Source: an uncultured Clostridia bacterium
GTDB lineage: Bacteria > Bacillota > Clostridia > TANB77 > CAG-508
Direction of reading: 5' to 3'
Length of the DNA stretch: 64,000 nt
NCBI GenBank assembly: GCA_944393465.1
Contig: CALYAG010000007.1
Coordinates: 12,844 to 76,843 of the forward strand
This document shows, one piece after another, positions 28,948 through 39,136 of the stretch (position 1 is the first letter of the stretch; every line of letters starts with the position of its first letter). Below the pieces are notes generated by a model. It was given only the letters and a program-made list of their open reading frames with translations, was not told the DNA's origin and ran no database searches. Made by a program: the position numbers and the translations under genes.

Positions 28948-30999
28948 TTATCTTTCTTCTTGCGCTTGTCTTATTTGGTTTTCTTTTTGTTGCAATTGTT
29001 GAAGAATTTCTGTATTATCGCCCTGTGTAATTTCAAAGTCTTTTAAATTTTCAGTATCTTTTGAACTTTTCTCTAGGTCTGAAGTTTTTACCCATCCATA
29101 TGTATTAAATATATTATGGTTTGTTCCTCCAACTTGAATAGCAGCCATTTCATATGTTTTATCTTGATTTAACAAATTTTGAATTTCTTCAATACTCATG
29201 CCAGATTCCTTGCAAACATCCTCCCAAGTTTTTCCTTTAGCTGTTAATATAATTTGTCTTGTTCCATCATTATTTTCTTTTACAATTGCTCTATTAAAAA
29301 TTTCTACAACAGTATTTGCTGGTAATGTTCCCCTATTTCCTTTTCCTAAAGCATTTTCAGTATATTCAAGACCTTTTTCAGCGACATATTGTTTATTAAC
29401 TGAACCTGTTGTAAGTGTTTTTGCATCCTGTTTTACTAATGCATCTTCTTGTTGTTGTTCCGTTTCATTTTCCATTGATTGTTGTTCCATAGCATCAGAT
29501 ATGGCCTGTTGCTCTTCTAGTTTTTGCTGTTCTTCTATATTATGTTGTTGCTCTTCTAAAGCTGCCTGTTGTTCAATTAATTCTTTATTGTATTCTTTTC
29601 TTTCATTTATGCCCCAAGCCATAGCAATTGTAGCAATTGCTAAAGCACTAATGGCCATAATTTTTCTTTTATTATCCTTAAAAGATTGTTTTATTTTTGG
29701 TAAATAATATCCTCTAATTGATCTCTTTTTATTATTTTCTATTTCATTACTTGTCATTTTCTGCTTGCGTAAATCTATATTATTAGATTTATTGTAAGAA
29801 AATTTACTTGCTACAGGTAATTGATACTTTTTATTAAACAATCTCATAAACCAAAATTTTAACTTTTGAAATATGTTTAAGCTTTTATATTTTGTAATTG
29901 CATCATCCGAGCTTTGTAGTCCTTTATATCCATACGCATTTTTTTGGTCTTCCATTGTAAATTTTCCTAAATCTTCAGGTGTTACATTTTTTAGGTTCTC
30001 AGTATCTATTACTTCTTCACTACTTAGGACATTATTCATAATTTTTTCTGCAAGTTTTGCTTTCTGTTCTTCTGTCTTAGCTCCTTCAAGTTGCATTTCT
30101 TCATCTGAAACATTTTTTAAAATAACTTCTCCATTTGCATCATATAATAAATTTCCTTTTTCATCATATACTGGTACAAACCATGTTCCATTTTCTTGTG
30201 TATCCCATTCTTTTCTTATAAAGTCATACTTTTCCCATTTTTTGGTTGCTTGATTATAATGTATTCCTTTTTCTCTTAAAATATTGTTTGGAATTTGTAA
30301 CCATTCTTTACTATTAATGTCATACACTGTATTTAAAAGCTTTTCACCAATTTTTTCGCTTTGTACTACTTCAGACAACTCTGGATAATAAATATATCTT
30401 ATTTTATTATTGTTAGGATTTTCGTAAATAAATACACTTCCTGCTTTGTTTTTATCTCTAAGTATCCACTTATCAGCTCCATCTATAAAGCTAGGAATTT
30501 TATTTTCGTTATTTGATTGACGTTCATTAGATAATTTAACTGCAGCAGATGCTAGTGTTGTAGCAGCATTTCTTACAGCTTCTGACCTTGCTTGTCTTTC
30601 TGCTTGAAGTTTTGATATATCTTGAGTATGTTTTTCTTCTTTTACAATATTAGATTTTTCTTGCATTATAGCATTCATGCCCTTGCTTTCAATTGTAGTA
30701 TCATTCCATACTTCTCTTCTGGCTTGTCCTGCTGCTTTGCCACCTCTCATTGGGTCTATGGACTTTAATTGTTTCTGTCTTAAATTTAATAAATCCCTAC
30801 TTTCCTTAATTGCTGTTTCTAAGAAAACTCTTCTAGACTCCTTATTTTTTGCAGTTAATGTTGTGTCTGCTTCTAAATTTGCTAAATCTTGCTCGTATGA
30901 GTCAAGCAAATCTTGAGCTAAGTTTACCTCTCCTCTAACGGCTTCTACCATCATTTGAAGTTGTTCCCTATTTTGCGGACCATTTATTCTTCTTGGCAT
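28948..30999 (-). CDS. Hypothetical 683-aa single-pass membrane protein with a Gln/Glu-rich coiled-coil segment
   Basis: Long ORF with an AGGGAGGA RBS. One TM helix (IMAISALAIATIAMAWGI) around residue 460, followed by EEQQ-type repeats and a ~150-aa C-terminal domain. No family recognised. Confidence 0.6.
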   Translation of the reverse strand: MPRRINGPQNREQLQMMVEAVRGEVNLAQDLLDSYEQDLANLEADTTLTAKNKESRRVFLETAIKESRDLLNLRQKQLKSIDPMRGGKAAGQARREVWNDTTIESKGMNAIMQEKSNIVKEEKHTQDISKLQAERQARSEAVRNAATTLASAAVKLSNERQSNNENKIPSFIDGADKWILRDKNKAGSVFIYENPNNNKIRYIYYPELSEVVQSEKIGEKLLNTVYDINSKEWLQIPNNILREKGIHYNQATKKWEKYDFIRKEWDTQENGTWFVPVYDEKGNLLYDANGEVILKNVSDEEMQLEGAKTEEQKAKLAEKIMNNVLSSEEVIDTENLKNVTPEDLGKFTMEDQKNAYGYKGLQSSDDAITKYKSLNIFQKLKFWFMRLFNKKYQLPVASKFSYNKSNNIDLRKQKMTSNEIENNKKRSIRGYYLPKIKQSFKDNKRKIMAISALAIATIAMAWGINERKEYNKELIEQQAALEEQQHNIEEQQKLEEQQAISDAMEQQSMENETEQQQEDALVKQDAKTLTTGSVNKQYVAEKGLEYTENALGKGNRGTLPANTVVEIFNRAIVKENNDGTRQIILTAKGKTWEDVCKESGMSIEEIQNLLNQDKTYEMAAIQVGGTNHNIFNTYGWVKTSDLEKSSKDTENLKDFEITQGDNTEILQQLQQKENQIRQAQEER

Positions 31000-31119
31000 A
31001 AAATTATCCTCCCTTTTTTACTCATAAGTTTATTATATCATATTTTCATAAGCAATTCAAGATTATGTAAATTATTTGCTATATATTAATCTACTATGCT
31101 TATAAATTTACAATAAGCA

Positions 31120-31175
31120 CAAAAAATATGCAATAGAAATATTAAATTTGTAATATAAATTTAATATTCTATTGC
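31120..31175 (-). terminator. Intrinsic terminator downstream of trmFO
   Basis: GCAATAGAAATATTAAATTT / AAATTTAATATTCTATTGC hairpin (about 19 bp, one bulge), followed on the minus strand by ATATTTTTTGTG. Confidence 0.65.
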
Positions 31176-31206
31176 TAATCAAGATTATTTTTCATATTTT
31201 TAAGTT

Positions 31207-32940
31207 TTATATATTCACATTTTCATCTAATTGTTCTAGTTTTTCAAGTGCTCTATTACTTAAACTTTCATACCTTTTCTTTTTATCTTTTATCTTTTCT
31301 CCTTCTAAAGGAGGTAAAATTCCAAAGTTTGCATTCATTGGTTGAAAGTTTTCTTTTGGTGTTGATATATAATCTGCTAAAGCTCCTATCATTGTTTCCT
31401 TTGAAAAAGTAATTTCTTCTATAGTTTCTCTATCACTTTTTGTAAATTTATATTCTTTTATTTTATTATTTACATTTTCTTTGTTTTCTAATTTACTTAA
31501 GGTTGCACTTTTTAATAATTTTTTATTGGCATCATTAAATTGCTTTATCGCATTTAAGCTAGCCACCATACCAGAAGATATTGATTCAACATAACCTTCT
31601 ACACCTGTTATTTGCCCAGCAAAATATATATTTGTTTTTTTCTTTAAATTGTATGTATTATCCAATAATTCTGGTGAATTTATAAATGTATTTCTGTGCA
31701 TAACTCCATATTTTACAAACTCTGCATTATTTAATCCCGGTATCATTGAAAATACTCTTTTTTGTTCTCCATATTTTAAATTTGTTTGAAATCCCACCAT
31801 GTTATACAATATTCCTCTTAAGTTATCTTGTCTAAGTTGCACAACTGCATATGGTCTTTTTCCTGTTCTAGGGTCATCAAAGCCTACTGGTTTAAGTGGT
31901 CCAAATCTTAATGTGTCTATTCCTCTTTTTGCCATTACTTCTACTGGCATACAGCCTTCAAATATTTCTCCTTTTTCAAAATCGTGAAGTGTTACTACTT
32001 CTGCATTTATTAACTCTTGGACAAAATTTTCGTATTCTTCTTTATTCATTGGAAGATTAATGTAGCTGTTGGTATCTTTTTTTTCTGCACTACCACTTAT
32101 CAACTTATCTATTCCATTACTTTTCATATTTATATTAGAACCACTTGCAACATTAGTTTTATTATATTCTGAAATCCTGTTATGCCATTCTTCAAGCGTT
32201 TCGTCCTTTTTCTTTTCTTGCTCATATCTATCCCCATAAAAGGCAATATTAAAATCTATGCTATCTTTTTCAATGATTGGAGCTGCCGCATCATAAAAAT
32301 GCAAATCATTTTCGCCAGTTAGCTTTTTTATTCCAATAGATAAAGAGTCTGATGTAAGTGGTCCTGTTGCTATTATGGTTATTGCATCTTCATTTATTAA
32401 GTCCTCAAAGAATATTGGTTCTGTTTCTTCAATGTTTTCATTTCTTTGAGCTGAATTTTTTTCCATTTTACTACTTTGGTCTTGAGCTATCGTATTATTT
32501 AATTTCTTATTTTCACCTTGAGCTAAATTTGCCTTTTGATTTTTATTAGCTATTGTTTCATCATATTTACTAACTACTTCTTTATTTATTATTTCAATGT
32601 TAAGATTATTTTTTAAATTCTCTGTTACTTTTTTAGCGAACTCTTCTCTATCCACTGCCAAAGCTTGTCCTGCAGGAACTGCTGTTTCATCTGCAATTTT
32701 TATAAGAAGTGAATCTAGTCTTCTTAATTCCTCTTTTAGTAAACCACATGCATTTGTAAGCAAATTTGATTTAAAAGAATTACTACATACAATTTCTGCA
32801 AAGTTACTATTAGAATGAGCAGGTGAAAACTTTACTGGCTTCATTTCATATAACTTAACTTTTATTCCTCTTTTTGCTATTTGATATGCCGCTTCGCTTC
32901 CAGCTAAGCCTGCACCAATTACATTAATGTAATCTTTCAT
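31207..32940 (-). CDS. trmFO: Methylenetetrahydrofolate--tRNA-(uracil54-C5)-methyltransferase TrmFO, with large low-complexity insertions
   Basis: The N-terminus [31 protein letters not shown]...[11 protein letters not shown] and later [12 protein letters not shown] are typical TrmFO/Gid. 577 aa, against roughly 435-445 aa in characterised homologues. Confidence 0.88.
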   Translation of the reverse strand: MKDYINVIGAGLAGSEAAYQIAKRGIKVKLYEMKPVKFSPAHSNSNFAEIVCSNSFKSNLLTNACGLLKEELRRLDSLLIKIADETAVPAGQALAVDREEFAKKVTENLKNNLNIEIINKEVVSKYDETIANKNQKANLAQGENKKLNNTIAQDQSSKMEKNSAQRNENIEETEPIFFEDLINEDAITIIATGPLTSDSLSIGIKKLTGENDLHFYDAAAPIIEKDSIDFNIAFYGDRYEQEKKKDETLEEWHNRISEYNKTNVASGSNINMKSNGIDKLISGSAEKKDTNSYINLPMNKEEYENFVQELINAEVVTLHDFEKGEIFEGCMPVEVMAKRGIDTLRFGPLKPVGFDDPRTGKRPYAVVQLRQDNLRGILYNMVGFQTNLKYGEQKRVFSMIPGLNNAEFVKYGVMHRNTFINSPELLDNTYNLKKKTNIYFAGQITGVEGYVESISSGMVASLNAIKQFNDANKKLLKSATLSKLENKENVNNKIKEYKFTKSDRETIEEITFSKETMIGALADYISTPKENFQPMNANFGILPPLEGEKIKDKKKRYESLSNRALEKLEQLDENVNI

Positions 32941-32964
32941 TAAAATCTTCCTCTCTTTTTCAAT

Positions 32965-35900
32965 CTACTCAAACAAATCCATAATCTCATCTTTAGACAA
33001 CTTACTAATAAATGTTTCATTCATTGAAAGCATATCTTCTGCAAGTTTCGCCTTTCTTTCTTGCAAATTATATATTTTTTCTTCAATTGAATTTTTAGTA
33101 ATTAATTTGTATACTTGAACATTCCTTTTTTGACCTATTCTATATGTTCTATCTGTTGCTTGATTTTCAGCAGATAAATTCCACCATGGGTCATAATGTA
33201 TTACCATGTCTGCACCTATCAAATTAAGACCTGTTCCACCAGCTTTAAGAGAAATTAGAAATACTTTTATATCGTCATTATTGTTAAATTCATTTACCAA
33301 GTCCATTCTATCTTCTACTTTTGTTTGTCCTGTTAATTTAAAATATTTTATATTCTCCTTTTTAAATTCTCTTTCTAAATAAGTAAACATTGATGAATAT
33401 CCTGAAAATAATAGTATTTTGTGACCACCATTTATTGCATCTTTTACTATTTCCATACATTGATTTAGTTTACTACTTTCTCCTTCATAATTTTCTATAA
33501 ATAGCCCTGGATGGCAGCATATTTGTCTTAACCTCATAAGCAAAGCTAATATTTTAATCTGGCTATTTGCTATACCATTTGCCTCAATCTCTTCTTTAGC
33601 CTGCTTTTTGGCACTTTGCATATATGATAAATATATTTTTAGTTGTTCACCTGTCATTTCATTATTTAGTACAGTTATTGTTTTTTCTGGAAGCTCAGTA
33701 AGTACATTTTCTTTTATTCTTCTCAAAATAAATGGTTCAATCATGCTCTTTAATTTTGCCATAGCTTCTTTATCTTCATCTTTGCTTATTGGCGTTTCAT
33801 AAAGTATTTTAAATTTATTGTATGAATATAGGTATCCTGGCATTATAAAGTCAAATATTGACCATAATTCTGCAAGAGAGTTTTCTATTGGAGTACCTGT
33901 TAATGCAAATTTTGTATCTGCATTAATTTCTTTTATTACTTTTGCATTTTGCGTATTATTATTCTTAATGTATTGAGCTTCATCAGCTATAATATATCTA
34001 AAATTATAATTTTTTTCTTTATATAAATTAATATCTCTTTTCAACAAATCATATGAAGTGATAACTATATCATAATCAGGAATATTGTTTATAATGTTTT
34101 CTCTTGCCTTTGAATCTCCGCTAATTACAACAGTTTTTAGGCTTGGTGTAAATTTGCTTGCTTCTTCTTTCCAGTTTAAAGTAAGTGAACTTGGGCATAC
34201 AACTATGACCGGTCTTCTTTCTTCTTTTTTGGTATTTTCAACATAAGACATTATAACTGCTAATAATTGAACAGTTTTTCCAAGACCCATATCATCTGCT
34301 AAAATTCCACCTAATTTATATTCATCCAAAGTTTTTAACCAATCAAATCCAACTTGTTGGTATTCTCTTAAATCTGCTTTTAAACCCTTTGGAATTTGAA
34401 ATTTATCCGAAATTTGTCTATTATATACATCATCTATAAGCCCTCTATAAGATTCTCCCTTTTTAACAACAATGTTTTCGTTCTTTTTTAGTATTTTGTC
34501 TAAGTACATTCCCCTATAAATAGGAAGTTTTAGCTCTCCACTAATTAGTTCCTCATAGCTTGCATTTGTACTATCTGAAATTTTATCTAGTATGTCCATT
34601 GTTTCTGAATTCTCTAGGTCTACAAACTCACCATTTTTCAAACGATGGTATCTCTTTTTTAGTTTGTATTTTCTCATTATTTCAGCTATTTCGTTTCTGT
34701 CTATATCTATATTAGATAAGTCTATACTTAGCAAATTATTCTCAATTTTAACTCCGATTGAATTTATTTTTGGTCTCATTATTTGCTTATTTTTAAAATC
34801 TTCAGTTGCCAAAACTTCAAATTTTGAAACATATTCTTCTATACCTTTTTGTAAAAAATTGAATATATCCTCGTCTTTTACAAGCACTAGTTTGTTATTT
34901 CTTTGGTCATACATAAATCCAGATTTGCTGAACATATCTAATGCTTTTGATTCCTCTACAGCATTCCTTGGAATCTTTTTATCTATTTGCTCAAATGGAC
35001 TAAACTCGAAGTCATCATATATAAATTTTAAGTCTGCAGTAATATAATTTTTCTTATTATAATCTAAGAAAACTTTAACCTTTAGCTTTTTGGGTAAATA
35101 TTCAGCAAGTTCATCACTATCTACATTGTTTATATTTACTCTGTCCTTCATAAGTGGCATAATTAATGAATAAAAGTCAGCAAATTCATCTTTTCTAAGA
35201 ACAATCTCTTTTGTAAAATTAACTTTAAATGTATCAAGTAATTTTATAACTGTCTTTTCAAAGTTTTTTGAGCATTTATACATTTTATCATCTTGCCAAA
35301 AGTATGTGAATTCTTTGCCTTCTACAATAATATAATTGAAAACATCAATGTTAGTAGCAAGCGCATAATCTGTATCATTTTTATTTTTTAGTTCAAACTT
35401 AATTTCAGGTTCGTTATCCACAAATTGTACGCTTTCTGTGGAATAATCGCCGTATATTTCTATTGTTTTTCCTTTTAATATTTCAAAAAGTTCGTCCAAT
35501 GCCGTATTTGACAAAACAATATATGCTTTATCTAGCACGGGCATATAAAATCTTTCTTCAGCTTCATTTGAGTACTTTATTATTTCTGCATATTTTAAAA
35601 TAAAATCTAAAAGTGGAAGGCTATCCTCTTCAAAGTTTTCTCTAATATGCATAAATTCAAGTTTTGCGCCATATTTATATATTTCGGCATCTTGCATTCT
35701 TGTATAAAACTCTGTTAAATCTTTTATTTTATACATTTGCTTATTGCCTATTCTAACTTCTAGCCTAAATGTTTTTAGGTTATCTTTATATATTAATCTT
35801 GGCTCAATTTTTACTTTTTCTGAATATACCAAATTTGCTTTTTCTTCATTTTGCTCATCTAAATAAAATGAGCTTATCATTTGTCTGTAAATTCTATATT

Positions 35901-36276
35901 TTTCGTTATTTTGATTTTTGTGGGCAGTTTTATTATTTGCGGTATTTGTTTTGTCCTTGCTTATTTGCACATATGCGGGGTTACTGTTAAATTCTAAAGC
36001 GGTTGCTAAAATATGCTTACATGTACCGTAAGTTGACTCATAATCTGGGCAAGTACAGCTCAAATTTTCTATTTCTCCATTATTTACTTCTATATATGTG
36101 TGGTAAGTGTCATTTGTCCCCTTAACTTCTGCATGAATTGAAAAATTATTTGAATTTTCGTAATTAACTTTTGTAATTTTAACATTGTTATTTGATTTAA
36201 TATCATATGCTTTTTGCGCTCTTTTGTCTCCCGCCGAAATCTCTAGTTCATGTAAAACCTCATCATTTACAATCAT
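32965..36276 (-). CDS. SNF2-family helicase with an N-terminal SWIM zinc finger (YwqA/RapA-like)
   Basis: SWIM motif CTCPDYESTYGTCKHILA. SNF2 motifs ILADDMGLGKT, DEAQYIKN and a helicase C-terminal domain (QATDRTYRIGQ). Start moved to the ATG 7 nt after GGGGAG; the track uses an upstream TTG. Confidence 0.85.
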   Translation of the reverse strand: MIVNDEVLHELEISAGDKRAQKAYDIKSNNNVKITKVNYENSNNFSIHAEVKGTNDTYHTYIEVNNGEIENLSCTCPDYESTYGTCKHILATALEFNSNPAYVQISKDKTNTANNKTAHKNQNNEKYRIYRQMISSFYLDEQNEEKANLVYSEKVKIEPRLIYKDNLKTFRLEVRIGNKQMYKIKDLTEFYTRMQDAEIYKYGAKLEFMHIRENFEEDSLPLLDFILKYAEIIKYSNEAEERFYMPVLDKAYIVLSNTALDELFEILKGKTIEIYGDYSTESVQFVDNEPEIKFELKNKNDTDYALATNIDVFNYIIVEGKEFTYFWQDDKMYKCSKNFEKTVIKLLDTFKVNFTKEIVLRKDEFADFYSLIMPLMKDRVNINNVDSDELAEYLPKKLKVKVFLDYNKKNYITADLKFIYDDFEFSPFEQIDKKIPRNAVEESKALDMFSKSGFMYDQRNNKLVLVKDEDIFNFLQKGIEEYVSKFEVLATEDFKNKQIMRPKINSIGVKIENNLLSIDLSNIDIDRNEIAEIMRKYKLKKRYHRLKNGEFVDLENSETMDILDKISDSTNASYEELISGELKLPIYRGMYLDKILKKNENIVVKKGESYRGLIDDVYNRQISDKFQIPKGLKADLREYQQVGFDWLKTLDEYKLGGILADDMGLGKTVQLLAVIMSYVENTKKEERRPVIVVCPSSLTLNWKEEASKFTPSLKTVVISGDSKARENIINNIPDYDIVITSYDLLKRDINLYKEKNYNFRYIIADEAQYIKNNNTQNAKVIKEINADTKFALTGTPIENSLAELWSIFDFIMPGYLYSYNKFKILYETPISKDEDKEAMAKLKSMIEPFILRRIKENVLTELPEKTITVLNNEMTGEQLKIYLSYMQSAKKQAKEEIEANGIANSQIKILALLMRLRQICCHPGLFIENYEGESSKLNQCMEIVKDAINGGHKILLFSGYSSMFTYLEREFKKENIKYFKLTGQTKVEDRMDLVNEFNNNDDIKVFLISLKAGGTGLNLIGADMVIHYDPWWNLSAENQATDRTYRIGQKRNVQVYKLITKNSIEEKIYNLQERKAKLAEDMLSMNETFISKLSKDEIMDLFE

Positions 36277-36487
36277 TTTATTACTCCCCAATAAAATTAT
36301 AATTATTATATGTAAAACTTATCCAAATTTTTCTGTAGAAAATACAAGCTTTTTACAATTTATAAATTACATTTTTTCGTTCTTAAACTAGTATTATATT
36401 ATATCACTAAATTTAAGTTTTAACAAGGGGAATTTCAAGAAAATCATTTAGTAAAATTATGCAAATATTTTGCGTAAACCTATAGAC

Positions 36488-36555
36488 TTTTTTTCAGTTG
36501 GGGACGGTCCTAAATCGAAAATTTTCGATTTAGGACCGTCCCCAACTGAAAAAAA
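36488..36555. repeat. REP/MITE-like element, copy 4: a perfect 68-nt palindrome abutting the porB stop codon
   Basis: TTTTTTTCAGTTGGGGACGGTCCTAAATCGAAAATTTTCGATTTAGGACCGTCCCCAACTGAAAAAAA. Confidence 0.95.
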
Positions 36556-37503
36556 TTATTTATTTGTCATTTCTTCTTTTGCAAGAAGTTCATTCCATCT
36601 TTTATCTACTTCTTCTTGGAATTTTTCTATCATCCATTCATTACCTGGTTTAAACATATGTTTAAATCTCTTTTGTGGTTTTAAGAATTCCTCAACTGGT
36701 AGTTTTTTAGCTGGTTTATATGTTATATGATATACACCATCTACAACTTCATACATTGGCCAGTAGCATGTTTCTACTGCTAATTTATTTATTTTCATTA
36801 AGTCCTCTGTTGGATAGCCCCAACCTCTTGGACATGGTGCAAGTACATTTAAGAATTTTGCTCCTTTTGTATATATAGCTTTTTCTGCTTTTTCATATAA
36901 ATCTTTAAAATTCATATATGCTGCAGTTTGAGCTACATATGGTAAATGATGAGCTACCATTATTTCTGTTAAATCTTTTCTTACTTGCATTTTTCCAGGT
37001 ATAACACTTCCTGCTGGAGATGTTGTTGTATCTGCAAATTGTGGTGTTGCAGATGAACGTTGAATACCTGTATTCATATATGCACCATTATCATAGCATA
37101 CATATGTCATATCATGACCTCTTTCCATAGCGCCTGAAAGAGCTTGTATACCTATATCGTATGTTCCACCATCTCCACCAAAACAAATGAATTTTGTATT
37201 TTCATCTTCTGGTAATTTTCCTTGTTTTTTTAATGATTTATACGCAGCCTCTGCTCCTGAAGCTGTTGCTGCTGCACATTCAAATGCAGTATGAATATAT
37301 GAATCTGTCCAAGATGTGTATGGATAAATACAAGTTGAAACTTCCATACAGCCTGTTGCATTAGACACAACTACATGGTCTTCTGGATGTACTGCTCTTA
37401 ACACCATTCTTGCTACTGGTGGAGCACCACAACCTGCACACATTCTATGTCCTTCTGAAAACCTTGATGGTCTATTTGCTACTACTTCTTTTACATTATA
37501 CAT
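36556..37503 (-). CDS. porB: 2-oxoacid:ferredoxin oxidoreductase, beta (TPP-binding) subunit
   Basis: 315 aa with CAGCG and GGDGGTYDIG (TPP-binding) motifs. Last gene of a gamma-delta-alpha-beta cluster. Confidence 0.8.
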   Translation of the reverse strand: MYNVKEVVANRPSRFSEGHRMCAGCGAPPVARMVLRAVHPEDHVVVSNATGCMEVSTCIYPYTSWTDSYIHTAFECAAATASGAEAAYKSLKKQGKLPEDENTKFICFGGDGGTYDIGIQALSGAMERGHDMTYVCYDNGAYMNTGIQRSSATPQFADTTTSPAGSVIPGKMQVRKDLTEIMVAHHLPYVAQTAAYMNFKDLYEKAEKAIYTKGAKFLNVLAPCPRGWGYPTEDLMKINKLAVETCYWPMYEVVDGVYHITYKPAKKLPVEEFLKPQKRFKHMFKPGNEWMIEKFQEEVDKRWNELLAKEEMTNK

Positions 37504-37619
37504 AGTTTTTTATTTCCTTTCTATAATGATTTATATTTTTTTGTTATCTATATAATCATTATTTTATATTTGTAGAATTTAGTTTTATTCTCTTTATTTA
37601 TTTTTTAGCTTTTAATTAA

Positions 37620-38795
37620 TTATTTACTTTTTAGTCCTAAAAATCTATAAGGATCGCTCATATCTTTTAAGTCTTGTAAATCTTTATATACACTTTCTAT
37701 TTGATTTTCTGTTACATCTCTACCACCTATACCATAGCAATAATTTATTGTTGGTACATTTATATTTAGTGTAAACATAGAAGATGTTACATCTTCATAA
37801 AGTGGCCCACCTGTTAAATTTAAGATTGGTGTTTTATCTAATATTGCAATTGCTTTTGCATTAGACAAAGCTTTTGCAATTTCTTCACCAGGGAATGGTC
37901 TAAATACTCTTACTTTTAGAAGTCCTGCTTTAACACCATTTGCTCTTAGTCTGTCTATTACATTTTTAACAGTTCCTGCTGTTGAGTTCATGCAAACTAT
38001 AACATATTCAGCATCTTCCATTTTGTATTCTTCAAACAAGTCATATTTTCTACCTGTTAATTTTTCAAAATCTTTTGCTACATCTAATATAACTTGTTTA
38101 GCATTTTTCATAGCTTCCCACTCTTGTCTTTTATGTTCAAATAGATATGGTTGTAAATCCATAGGTCCCATAGATATTGGATTTTTTCTATCTAATAAAT
38201 AATGTTCTGGTTTATATGTTCCTACAAATTTTCTAACATCTTCTGTTTCTATTAATTCTATATTTTCAATAGAATGTGAAGTTATAAATCCATCTTGGCA
38301 TACCATAAGTGGTAGTAATACATCTTTATTTTCAGCTATTCTATGAGCCATTATCATATTATCATATGCTTCTTGGTTTGTTTCTGAAAATAACATTATC
38401 CATCCGCTATCTCTTACTGCCATTGCATCTGAATGGTCACTGTGTATATTAAGTGGTCCTGAAATTGCCCTGTTTACCAATGCCATAACTATTGGTAATC
38501 TCATACTAGATGCAATTTGTACCATTTCCCACATATATTCTAGACCATTTGCTGATGTAGCTGTCATAGCTCTAGCTCCTGCTGCTTCAGCACCTATACA
38601 AGCACTCATTGCACTATGTTCACTTTCAACTGCAACAAATTCTGTATCAACTTCTCCATTATCTACATATGTAGAAAAATATTGTGGAATTTCTGTTGAA
38701 GGTGTTATAGGGAAAGCTGCTACAACATCTGGATTTATTTGTTTCATTGCAAATGCTGTTGCTTCATTTCCGCTTAGTCTTTCTCTAATACTCAT
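37620..38795 (-). CDS. porA: 2-oxoacid:ferredoxin oxidoreductase, alpha subunit
   Basis: 391 aa. GNEATAFAMKQINPDVVAAFPITPSTEI ... ESEHSAMSACIGA is typical of PorA/VorB-type subunits. Confidence 0.8.
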   Translation of the reverse strand: MSIRERLSGNEATAFAMKQINPDVVAAFPITPSTEIPQYFSTYVDNGEVDTEFVAVESEHSAMSACIGAEAAGARAMTATSANGLEYMWEMVQIASSMRLPIVMALVNRAISGPLNIHSDHSDAMAVRDSGWIMLFSETNQEAYDNMIMAHRIAENKDVLLPLMVCQDGFITSHSIENIELIETEDVRKFVGTYKPEHYLLDRKNPISMGPMDLQPYLFEHKRQEWEAMKNAKQVILDVAKDFEKLTGRKYDLFEEYKMEDAEYVIVCMNSTAGTVKNVIDRLRANGVKAGLLKVRVFRPFPGEEIAKALSNAKAIAILDKTPILNLTGGPLYEDVTSSMFTLNINVPTINYCYGIGGRDVTENQIESVYKDLQDLKDMSDPYRFLGLKSK

Positions 38796-38796
38796 A

Positions 38797-39090
38797 TTAT
38801 TCTCCCTCCTCTTCCATTGTTATTGCTCCAAATGGGCATACTTTTGCGCAAACTCCGCATCCTTTGCAAAAGTCGTAATTAAAGTTTTCTCTTTTTTGCT
38901 CTTTATTTACTGGAATTGCATTTTCTGGGCAAACTGGGAAACATAACCCACATTGTTTGCAAATATCTGGATGAAATACTGGTTTCATACTTCTCCAATC
39001 ACCAGTTTTAAATGTTTTAGAGTTTCCAGCATCATAAATTGTTCCACCTTTAGTCATATCTTGCCAAGGTGTGTTATTGTTTATTTCCAT
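38797..39090 (-). CDS. porD: 2-oxoacid:ferredoxin oxidoreductase, delta subunit (2x[4Fe-4S])
   Basis: 97 aa with CKQCGLCFPVCP and CKGCGVCAKVCP cluster motifs. Confidence 0.8.
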   Translation of the reverse strand: MEINNNTPWQDMTKGGTIYDAGNSKTFKTGDWRSMKPVFHPDICKQCGLCFPVCPENAIPVNKEQKRENFNYDFCKGCGVCAKVCPFGAITMEEEGE

Positions 39091-39136
39091 CGCTTTTTTC
39101 CTTTCTAAGTGGTATTATTTCCACTTTTATCATTTT

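Noticed and set aside
32965-36276. SNF2 helicase as part of DISARM, Zorya or another defence system
   Set aside because: None of the required partners (DUF1998, PLD nuclease, methylase, MotAB-like ZorAB) is adjacent. The neighbours are trmFO and a metabolic operon. The SWIM-SNF2 architecture matches housekeeping YwqA-type proteins.
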